Origin: Tubiluchus corallicola
Taxonomy: Eukaryota; Animalia; Priapulida
Assembly (NCBI GenBank): GCA_030141605.1
Contig: JAQGDQ010000100.1
Coordinates: 434,001-498,000, forward strand
Direction: 5' to 3'
Length of the DNA: 64,000 nt
The position numbers were made by a program, and so were the translations under genes. Below the pieces are notes generated by a model that saw only the letters and a program-made list of their open reading frames with translations, did no database searches and was not told the origin of the DNA. Below, in pieces: positions 20,701 through 32,700 of the stretch. The stretch's first letter is position 1; every line of letters starts with the position of its first letter.

Positions 20701-23700
20701 AATCTGACAAATATTCTCTGGAAAAGGAGTTAGAAACAGCAAAAGAGAAGTTGCATGCACTAGATGCAGCATTAGAATTCTTAAAAAAAGGAGGAGTGGA
20801 AATTGTCCAGGATACTTTGTCAAATGAAACTATTACAAACTTGTCAAAACAAGTAACACTACTGGAAATGAGAGAGTTGAATGAAAGACAAAGAGCCGAA
20901 CATTCGGTTAGATTGTATGAACAACAGAAAACTACGTTGCGAGAAGTAGAAGATAGAAATGCAGAACTTGAACAGAAATTTGCAGAAATTTCAAAAATGA
21001 ATTTGCAGTATCAGAAAGAAGATAGAAGGCTTAGAGAGGAATTGGAAAACAGTGTTACTAGGGCAGAGAGCAAAGCAGATAAATTGAGAATAGGTAAATT
21101 GGAAGAGTCTGAGTCTACATTGAAGGAAGAGGTAGAAAAGCTAAGAGAGATAGCCGATGTGGCTTCATTTCAGCGTGATGCTAAGAATTTTGCGCACATA
21201 TCAAGAGATACAGAGTTATTTTCCATTAGGCAGCTGCTGTTAGATTTCCAGTCGAATTCTGATGATAAATCAACTATAGCTAAACTTCACCATCAGTTAG
21301 TAGCTTTACAAGTAGGTGAAGGAACAGCTGTTAGGAAATTAGAACATACTCAGAATGAACTGAAAAAGGTGCAAGCACAGCTTTTAAGAACTGAGCAGAG
21401 ATTAGATGAACGAGAAGAGAGAATGTTTTACATGGGGCAGGATTCACGTAGCAAAATTAGATATTTGAAAAAAAATTTGCATGATGTCCGAAGGAAGTTT
21501 GCAGGAGCCATTCCTTTACTGGAGCAAGAAAAATTTTCTGAGACGTTTTTTAAGTTGCAAGTTGATAAACAGAAAACTGAAGAAGAGCTGGCTTTGGCCT
21601 TGTCTGAAAGATGTAAAGCAGATTCAAAGGTAGCTGAAATGGATTTTCAACAAAAAGGACTGCAGGAACTCATTAGAACACTGAAAGATGGCAGAGGAGC
21701 CACAAAAATTACTGAGTGGCATGCAAAGATGGAAGAAATTCGTCTAAACGAATTGAAACTAACCCGCGAAGTAAGCCAATTGAGGCAGCAAATTCTCCAC
21801 GTGACACAGCTTAAAAAAACTGCTGAAGATGGCATCAGAAATTTGGAGAAAAAGCTTGTGCAGCAAGCTTCTATGCAAGACCAGAGACAATTAACATGGG
21901 AGGAAAGAGAATTGGCACTTGAAGAAAATGTTGCTCGTTTGGAAAAACAACATTGCCTTATTAGTAGCGCAGCTGCAGAATTTGAAGAGGCCATGGGTAG
22001 TATGCCAGATCCTGATGAACCAGTAGCTACTCAATTGGAGCAAGCAGTTACTACTATTAAACGAAATGTGAAAGTGATTCTTGAGAGTCGAGCAAAAAGC
22101 AAAGAATTGCAGTCAAAAGTTATAACACTAGAAGCAAAATTAAAAGAGGTGGATGACAGTTTAATATCAAGAGAACGAATAATTTCTGAACTGAGACTTC
22201 GTTTGCCGGTAACAGTTGAAAGGGAAAGGACTGTAACAAAAGCCAAGGAATCAGGCAAACCGAAATTTCACAAATCAACTGAAAGTGAGTCAAAGCAAGG
22301 TGTTACGATTGCCAAAGAAACTGTCAGTAGCTTGCGGGAGCGCTTGGAGCAAAAACAAGATACTATTCTTAAATACCAAGAACTGCTTAAAGATGCTCGT
22401 GATGAAGTGCGACAGTTAGGTCTAAAACATGAACAAGAATTAAAAGCAATGCACGGTAAATTACAAAAACAGCAGGACCATGAATTTCAGCATTTTAAGC
22501 AAGCAGCAATGGCATTAATTAATAAGCCCGGTGTGCAAGCACCAACTAACAAGCAGGTCGCTCAAGTTAATGAACTTAAAGCCCTTGTTGAAGAGCAAGA
22601 ACAATCTATTTGGGCTTTGAAACATAATTTGGATGAGTCTAACATAGAAATTAATAGGTTAAAATTGGCCCTAGAGGAGCGAAAGTTGAAAATAGAACAA
22701 GAAAAAAAGTTAACAGAGGAAAGTAGTTTGGGAAGTGAAGTAGCCATGGAACAAAATTACGATAAACTGCAAGCAAGAATTACTGAACAGGCGGAAGAAC
22801 TGGCACTGGTTCACCAGCAGCTAGAGGAACAGAGAGCAGTTAATATGCGCGCTCCTTCTGCATTATTGAAACAGACTGTAGAAAAACTAAAAAATCAGTT
22901 GATTTTGAAGGAGAAGCAGTATGATGCTCTTAGTAAAGCTTTGAGTGACGTCAGGGCTGATATGGTGCGTACAGCTGAAGATAATATTAAATTGCATAAC
23001 AAAGGAATATCTGATGACATTCAAACTCTCATTACTAAACATACGCAGGAACTGCAGAGTCGTAATAATGATTTAGAAGCTCTTGTTGACAAACTGAATG
23101 GTCAACTGAAAAAATATCAGGAAGCAGAACCAAAGACCAAAGATGTTAAAATAGATGTAAGTAAGAAAGATTCAATTATTCAGTCTTTAAAATCTGAAAA
23201 GGAAAGACTGGAAAGTGAAGTGCATGAGCTAAAGCAAAAATTTCAGCGACTTGTATCACAACGTAGTGTGAGGACTGTGGGGCTTGATCATAAAAATGAA
23301 GTGGCTGAATTGCGTAGAAAAATAGAACGGCTTGAACAACAGCAGCAATCACGGCAGTCTGTAAAAACTGATTTTTCTTTGTGGGAAGAACGGAAGAAGT
23401 ATGAGAAAAATATTGAGCAGCTAAAGAGAAAATTGAGTTTGAAAGAGGTAGAATGTGCTGAACAGCAGAAATCTGTATCAACTTTAAAGGAAATGGTAGA
23501 ACAAAATGAGAAGGAGAAAACAGTATTAAGGAATCGCCTTCGTGATGCCCAGAAAACTGATGGAGTACCACTCGGAACTGAAGAAAAAATTCAAGAACTA
23601 AAGAAACAAGCTTTTCAGCTAGAAGAAGAAAATTTAAATTTAAAAAGACAAGTTTCTGTTGTGGCTCAAGCAGGTGAGTTGCATCAACACCGACTGGAAA

Positions 23701-26700
23701 ACCAGTTACTTGCAGAAAAGATAGAAATACTTGAAAAACAGTTGGAAAAACAAGCAAAGGGGACAAAATTGAGTTCTGAAGTATTTCAAGAGTTTAAAGA
23801 AAGAGAGCAAAAACTACAACGGAAAATTATTAGTCTTTCAGAAGAAAATATGAATAAACAGTTTGACCTTGAGAAACTAAACTCGGATATTCCTAGATTA
23901 AAGGAAAGAGTTAAGGATCTGGAGCAATATATTGATGTATTAAGAAATGAAAAAGAGGAAAGGCCAGATTCTACTAGATCCACTAGCAGTGGTGGAATTC
24001 GGAAAATTGGTACAAGTGGGAAAACCACTATAGAATTGGAGAGAACAATTAGTTTGATGAAGAAAGTTATTGAAAATCTTAAAACAGAAAATGAAAGGCT
24101 AAAAAAGACATCTCGCCCTATGAATGAAAAAATCACTTCTCTTCTGGAACAAAATGAGAAACTAAGTTCTGAGCTTCAACAGCAAAAAGAAGCAAGTGAT
24201 CTCATTATGTCTAAGATATCTTCTGAAAATGAAAAGCTCCGACTTCAATTTGATAAAGAGAAAAACATTAATGAAAAGTTGAGAATAGAGATGCAAGAAT
24301 TGAGCATGAAGGAACGTAAACTTCAGAGTGATTTACAAGAAGTCAGAAGTGCTGCTCCAGTTAGTAAGGCAAAGCGATCGACAGTTGCATATCGGATGAT
24401 GGAAGACAAATTACAAAGTTTGGAAGCAGAGCTCAGCTCCAAATTGCAGGTGTTGGACAAATGTGAGGAGGAAAAACAGCAGTTACAAGAGCAGTTGACA
24501 ATGTTTCGAAATGTTGCGTCACCCCCATCTAGTGAAGCATACAGGTCTCTAATGTTGGAGAATGTAGACTTGAAGTCAGAGCTTCGTGATGTCCAACTAG
24601 AAAACATGAAGTTACAACGAGAGATTGAGCATCTAAAGCTTGACGCAGATTCCCATACACCTCCTTAAAGGATCTTAAAGCATGGATTCAAACAATCCAT
24701 CTAGCAAAAGGCTCAATACGAATTATAGTTGTCAGGGTCGGCAGGCAATTTGAAAATGATGCCAATATTCATTTAACCCATATTTTGTTTTTGCAATTCC
24801 CTACTTCAGTCACATCTATCAGTATATGTTTCTATGCTTCAAATCCTAAAACACTGGAATATATTTGCTGATTGAGATAACAAGTTTTTCTATCAAAGTT
24901 TCGACCTGCAGAGGCTTGTTAGAGCCTGAATCTGCTGTTTGCTAAGATGAGTAGACCAACCAAATACTAGTCTAAGCAAGCATCCATTTTATTGCACCAC
25001 TACCATGGTTTTGACTATTTATGATATTAGTTTTACTGGGCTGTGATCAAGTATTTTACTTTTTTATTGAATTTGCATAAAAATTTTGTGCAGCTTTGCT
25101 TAAATGTCTGTGACACATGGTGTACAATTAAACATTATGCTTACTGCCTGTCGCATGTGAGAGGGTGTGTGCTCGAATGTGACTATATGAGTGCATGTGC
25201 GGTGTTGCATGCATACTTATGCACAAGCCATGCATCTGTGTTTTCCTTTAAGACCTTAGGTTGAGCAAGTAATCGCTAATTTTCAAACATTTGATAACTT
25301 AACTCCTTCCCAGTGTTTTAAATTTTGGAAGCTAAATTTTGTTTTACTTTGTATATGTAGTTGCTGTGTTTTGTTGCCAACACTCATAAATTATATTGTT
25401 TGCCAAAAATCAGTCATCTGGACACATCACATGTATAGTAATACCCAAATTGATCCTCTCGCTCACATTAGTTAGTCTAATGGTTTTGTATTATTTCATC
25501 ATGTGTATGTGTGTATAGCACTTATAATGCAGTGTGCTCGCGGCTAAGCTTGTAATACAAATTAACCCTTTTTATATTTTCTAACCAATCTTTAGTAAAA
25601 TAATAGTGTTTATACATTTATATTCTGTAGAAAAATGTTGAAGTTCTTGTTTTCTGTTTTGTTTGAGATCACCAGCATAATGATATACTATATAATATGG
25701 TATAGGCTACTATAAAAATTATTAAAATGTTCTTAAAGTGTATCAGTTAAGTGGTCTTTGGTCTGATTGGCACATATTAAGTTTGTTGAAGTACATGTAA
25801 CTAAATTGTAGCTTGCCAGCTTTTAAAAGTGATACGCTCACTGGTAACAGGTAATATTTTTAAATTTACTAGTAACATGGTGTCTTTACTGATTTTAAAG
25901 CAGTTAAATAAAGCAAAAGTGAGCAAAAATTAGTAATTTTTAGAAAAGACAAAGTTATTGTCTTCAGGTGGATGCACAATAATATAACTTTTCGTTATTA
26001 GTAGGGAATAGTTTGTAGGCTTTTAGTTAGTATGTACTGGTCAGCTTAAATTTTCAAAAATCCTCAAAACTGCAACCTCAATTAAGTAGAATCCATGCTA
26101 TGAAGTTGATTGGCTGTACAATGTTTTAGGCTACTTTACATTTTTAAAAAGACAAGTTTAATTCCCAACAAGAACAGAAGAACACAAAAAAGAATTTACT
26201 GAACTCATGATAATGAAATGCTAATTTCAGTTGGCAATGTCTGACCAGACCTAAGTTGAACTTTTAGCTTACTCTCTGATTATAAATTTGCATTTTTTCC
26301 AAATCAGGATGTTTATGTTTTAAGTGCAGCACAAAATAAGTTAAGCTAGTTACTTGAGTTACCGTGATATGTACGGCTTCTAGAGTGCAATTCTGTCACG
26401 TGGATCATCGATAAATTAATGGGTAAGGGCTTCTTTTAAGTTTTTCATATAAATTATCATTCTAAAATGTTTGTTTTCTGTAAAAGTTTTTCTGCACACG
26501 TTGCTGACTTCAAGTGACCTGTTAGTTTTGGTATTACAGATTCAAGAGCTGGTCGACAAGTCCAACGACAAAGAGGTAGCGTACATAACTTTACCTATTT
26601 TTACATTAGAATTGCATATTTGTGCCTACAAAAACACCTACAATTAAATGTATGTGACTCCTACAGATACAAGTTTATTCATTAGGCTCGTACTCGTCCT

Positions 26701-29700
26701 ATAATTCCTATAAAACTATAACAATATCCTATAATTCCTATAAAATCATGAATTCTCAATGAAATGAGAATGTTATTGGTATTTTTCGCACGCATAACCA
26801 CAATTAGATATTATAAGTTTTTTATCTTCATGATTTGGGCATTTTAGTAAATGTAAATAACAGTTGTCTGTCGCGAAGTATGTATGTTTTTACAGAGTTG
26901 GTATTCTCATTGCGTGGTTGATGGTTCTGGTGTATGCTCTAATGGCGTGTGAACACAAGATTCGAAGATCCCCGAACGGTTAGTACAAAGTTTTTTATGT
27001 CTGATTATTGTGACGTGAAATGGATAGTTTTTAGGATCACCCAACACCTAATAAGGTGGCCCAATGATAACTGTATGCATTCTGTGGACTTTCGTTGATC
27101 CAAGCAGGGGTGCACCCATTTTGCCAATATTATTGGTGCACCCATATCGCTGTTGTTTATATCACACGCTGTTTTGTGTATATCGCTGTGTGTAGTGATG
27201 TTCTGCAATAATCGTGCTAAATTTTGTTATTTGACGAATCTTTTGTGGCTGCTTATTCATGTTTGCGTCTGGCCTCTTTAAATATTCTAAAATTTTAAGA
27301 TGTCAGAAAATTTTCGAACTTTTTACGATTTCCAATCAGTGTTTTGCGATTAAACATTCATTCCTTTCATTTAAGTTCGTCAATTTCCAGATATTACATA
27401 TATTATCATGTTCTTTAACCAATGTTAGTTCGTTTGTGCTAGACATTGTGTATCATTTCCGTAAGGGCTCTTCCTGCTCATGTTGTGTTTGTAAAATGTA
27501 ATTTTGAACAATTCCAGGTGGCGAAAGAGCATACCCAGAAGTGTATAAGCCGCTCAATGACAATGCCAACTTCAACCAAAGAATGCTCTCCTGTTACAGG
27601 TAGGAAAAATTATTTTCTTTTGCAAAGAAATTGTGAAAATCGCTGTAGTGTAAAGTTAGAAACTTTTGTTTTTAAGGGAAAATGTCCTATAATTCCTATA
27701 TTTTTTCAAAAAATGTCCTATATTTTTTTAGAATAATGTCCTATATTTTTGAAAAGTAGAGTACGAGTCTCTAATATTGCTTTCACATACAATTTGGCTC
27801 TTTCATTAAACTTTCAGTGTCTGAATAGTTTTATCAGTGACAGAGGCATGCTTGTAGCCAAATGCCGATTTTTATAGTTTTTTCAGACTTAAACAATTTG
27901 ATTTACATGTTTCTTCAGCTGTTAGAAAAATGCACCGATATAAGATGGCATTTCATTGGACATTTACAAAGAAACAAAGTTAACAAGTTACTAGGTATGT
28001 GATGAAGTGGTCTACTCTTAAACATGGGCTGTGTATTCATTGTTAAAACTACTGTCATTTGCACTTGATCTGGAACAGGTGTTGTCACATGGTTTCTAAA
28101 TTGTTGTTGGAAATCTGGTGAAAATGCCAAAGTTTGTGCCTATAGCGGCTTGGTGCTGTGGAATCATTTCAATAAAGACTACTAACCTATGCCAGTATTT
28201 GCACTCACTTGCATTAACAAAGTTATCAAATAAAATTACAAATGCACTTTATATTGGCATTTACCTAGTTTTCTGTATAAATATAATATGATGTAAATCC
28301 AGTTTGACAAGCCCAGTTTTGTCATTTTAACTTTTTTTTAATTTTTGTAGGTGTTCCAAACTTGTACATGATAGAGACGATTGATTCAGAAAAACTTGCA
28401 TGTGCTCTGGATGCAGCTTGGGGAAAGAAAAATACAGGCAGCAAACTTAAAGTGATGGTTCAAGTGAATACAAGTGCCGAAGAAAGTAGGTGTTTCTTGT
28501 GCAGTTATTGAGGAAGTGCTTGTAGAGCCCCATCTGAGCTCTTTCTGTGAAATTTTTCACTTAAAGATAGGATTCGAAATGCGTGTTGCATGTTGACTAT
28601 TTCAATGTGTTCGTGAACACTATGGATATTAACAAAGCTCATGGTGCGTCTTCTGCCATTTTGATTACTGCTTCATGAGAAATTCCTAACAATTTTTTGG
28701 AAGCCGTTTATCTGTCGAAATTTCAGGACCACAGTAATCAATGAGAAATTATAATGATGGCATTAGCTTATTATTATATTACGTAAATTGTCTACATATT
28801 TTGGCTGCATAACATTTTGTAGCAGAGTGAACAGTACGAAATGTACGATTATTTGGTGAAAGAACTTCAGCTACTTTCAGACTAACATAAAGACGTATGC
28901 TTCTCTAGCCTCTCAAAAGCTCAATTGGAAGAAATGTTATTGTGTGTATGTCCCAAGTAAACAAAATTGACCTGACCAGTTGAAAGGAGTCTGTTAATTT
29001 GCATGTGGTGTATTTTAAAATTAGTCCATTCCATTTTGTTTTAACCATGAAAATGGTCACTGGAAAATTGAAAACCCACGAAATCCACTTAGCAGTTGCC
29101 ACTTTCCGTTTGCGTATTGTGCGAAGTATACTGACACAATAGCTATCGTTTTTGGCTGAATATGGGTCACACATTATGCATTACGTACACATGGAAACAC
29201 TTCCACTAAATACAAACTGTAGTAGTCACGTTTTCCTCATCATGGGCAAAACTTAATGATTTTATAAGCACTCAAATAGCTAATCAGCCAATTACCTCTC
29301 CCAAATAGAAAATTTTCTAGCCATGTAATTGTAATAGTATACCTAATTGTACATAGACCCTTTGTACAAAAAAAACTGAAAAAGCTAAATAATGATATGG
29401 AATTGCTTTTTCTGAATTGCGTTTGGTGTATGTTAATGGGTACACATTTTAAGTGATAGATTTGACTAGTAATATTAAATTGTTTTTGAAAAAGCTACCT
29501 GATTGTTTGTTTTAGGTAAGCACGGGATCAGCCCCTCAGAAGCGCATAAACTAGTTGCTTATGTACTAGAGACTTGCAGTAACCTTGACCTTGTAGGACT
29601 CATGACAATTGGTGCATTTGACCATGACTTGTCTACAGGACCTAATCCAGATTTTTTGGTAAGAGAATACATGTGTAATCAGCCACAATGTGCTATTACG

Positions 29701-32700
29701 TGCAGCTTGTGAAAGACACGGTTATTGAAATTTCAAAATGTTTAGTATTTTCGTTCTTTGTTATGAAAATCTGCAAGCTATGCATCGATGCAACTTATTA
29801 TCCGAAAATATGCTGTTACGCTTATTGTTTAACCAAGTTTGTGTAGCTGTGCTGCTTCAAACTAATATACTGGGTTGCATTGCCTGCTTTCTGTTGATAG
29901 AGCATAAATTTGTGCTGCTCAAACTGGTACCTGAGTTTGTTCCCTACTGCCCCCTCTCGAAGAAAACAATGTAAATATTGCAAGAATATCACATGTATTG
30001 TCATAACTTTCACGGGAACAAATTCTGAAATGTCTTTACACTACTAAAGTACACATTAAAACTTAACCGGCACTTGCTTGCTCTGATTAAAACTGCAGCC
30101 CTTCCCACAAAAAACCTGTGCCACCTTAGGCGAACTGTCTCCTTGTCGCCTTCATGCTGCTGGCTAACAGTGTACAAATATCGTATGTTTGTTTACCTTT
30201 AACAATTTCAGTGTATTCAGCAATGAAAAAATTGAAAATGTACTCTAATGTGTTTTAATTATCAGTTTAATTAAGTACTACAGCTGTAATACAGCATAGT
30301 AGCTTTCAAAAGGATAGTTGGCAGTTGCAAATTATATTTAGAGCAAAATCTAAAATTATAAATCAATAAAGAAGTTTCTGTATCTAATCCTGATAGAAGC
30401 ATGTTTAAAATGAAAAATAAAATTTTACTCAATCCATTTTCATCAGTTTCTTTCTTTGTTAGACAGTGAATTGCTAGCAATGCTATTATTAGAGTTCTTT
30501 TGAAATGCTTACTCTAGATAAACAGTTTTTCACTGTTCTTGTGAATCTAATCGGTTTTGTTCCAGCTTTAATTTTTTGGTATTATATGGAACCAAAAATA
30601 TGTACCAACACTGTTTGCTATATTACTAAAATCACTTACACACACTGAATATAATGTCAATATAACTGCCAATTATACTGAATGTTTCTAAGCAACTATC
30701 AATATAACTGATGAAATCAAATTTAATGTAAGGCAGCAAAACAAAAAAATTCATCAATTGCATTGAGAAAGTTATTAACAATTATTACTGAGTGTGTGTA
30801 TAGCCCTTATAGTAATCGGACAATTTTATTTTAGAAGGTGTTGCCAGAAAGTTGTTGGCATAAGCGTCAAGTATTTCGTCAGAGCTAAATCATTTTCAAA
30901 AATACAAGTTGATGTAAATACACTCATGACATACATTTTGAGTATGAATTTTATTTTCAGTGTCTTCTAGACTGTCGAAGAGATGTTTGCGAGAAACTTA
31001 AACTTAGTGTTGACAGTTTAGAGCTCAGTATGGGAATGTCAAATGATTTTGAACATGCTGTAAGTAAATAGATGGCTGTAAATTTGATACTAGCTGTTAG
31101 CATACAATGTTACAAGTTTACATGCATTCAGTCTTTTGCAGATTAGGGGCCGGATTAACGTATCTTGCCTACGAGATGCACCTACGCATGTTTGCATACG
31201 AAAACCTTAAGCACGTTTGGCTTTTTGTCTTAAGTACGGTATTAGGTGCCATTCACGGTAATCTTACATTATGAGTATGTAGCTTGATGTTTCAAGTCAT
31301 ACTCCATTTTGATCTTCGTGCTAAAATATACACTTTGTTACTGTTGATAGTGCATTATCATAGCATTTGGAAATGAATCCCAATTATATTATGTTTATTA
31401 CCTATACATGTTTAACCTAGCAGCATCGTGCGTGTTACAAACTTATTTTTTCATTTGTTGTTTAGTTGACTTACTGATCACCACGAACTGACAGCGTATA
31501 TTACGAACCGACAGCATAAATTAAGAATTGCTCTTTCAATTTGCTTATTTACTTAATTAGTTTGTAATAAAAAACATAAGCCTGATAAAGCTTCAATTAA
31601 TTGTAACTGTAATTGTAGTATGTAATTGTAATTTGTAATCCAGTATTAACGTATAATTCATATTATTCATGTAGTTACAGAATTATATTTACATTATAGT
31701 AATGGATCTACAGATTATGCAGCTAGAGTTACGGAATAAAAACATTATAGTTACAAAACTACGTAGTGGATAAAAACACAAAGCAAGAATGCTATACTAC
31801 AATAAAGCATATATACTCAATATAATAAACCACAGACAGGAAGAGATGAAAAATAAAGAGAAAGAAAGAGGAAAGAATGAAAAAGTAATTCTGAAGAGAT
31901 TTGTGACGTAGTAGCATAAAATAAACGATCATAAAGCAATCTGTCAAGGGATGTGCAGGCAACTTCAAAATTTAACTAAAGTATTATTGTAACAAACGCT
32001 GCTGTGGCAAACATTGGTAAAAGGTGAACTGCTGTATATTTAAAAAGACAAATAGCTTTATATGATTTTAATCACTACTACACCTATCACTATGTCGTAA
32101 TTGGCAATTTATAATTAAGTAAATTTTTCACTATTATCTGTATTAGAAACTAAAAAGTCGGACATCCTTGGTCAAATATTTAGCAATTAGGAGCATATTT
32201 ATTACTTTATTTTCGCTGTTTTATTACTAGGTTGCCTCGCTACGACAGACTTACTGGTGCTCCTGACCACTCGTAACCTTTTGCATGTTTCTACGACAGT
32301 TTTGAGTCTCGTGAATCTCACACAAATCCTTAAGTGCGCGTAATTTATGCATGCGTAACTTCTCTCGTAAGTGTGGTACGTGAATTACGCGTAAATGCTT
32401 TCACATGCGGAGTTTAAGTGTACTAAGCATTTCATACTTATGAATGATATGTGAATCGTAACTACTTTCTTAAGCTTGCCTAATCACTCGTGTGCACAAA
32501 GCATGTGCTTAGCACGGTACATAAATCCAGGCTCAGGATATGTGCTAAAAATAAATCTGCCTTCCTTTATAGTTTCTCTCATAAATTTTTTGTATGTAGT
32601 TCTGCATATTGTTAGCCAAAGTGCAGCACCCACCCGTAGAATCAGTGCAATGCAGATACTAGTGAACATGATTGGAATATATGTCATTGAAATGGATAAT

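Noticed and set aside
18462-24607. Several 60-196 aa antisense ORFs
   Set aside because: Shadow frames of the Glu/Lys/Gln-rich CEP290 coding strand; no motifs or splice support.
17691-24668. Long intronless ORF as bacterial/viral contamination, a transposon gene, or a giant in-frame PLPBP exon
   Set aside because: It is collinear with CEP290, which is eukaryote-specific; it has no RT or transposase motifs; the upstream acceptor is out of frame with PLPBP; and PLPBP is complete without it.
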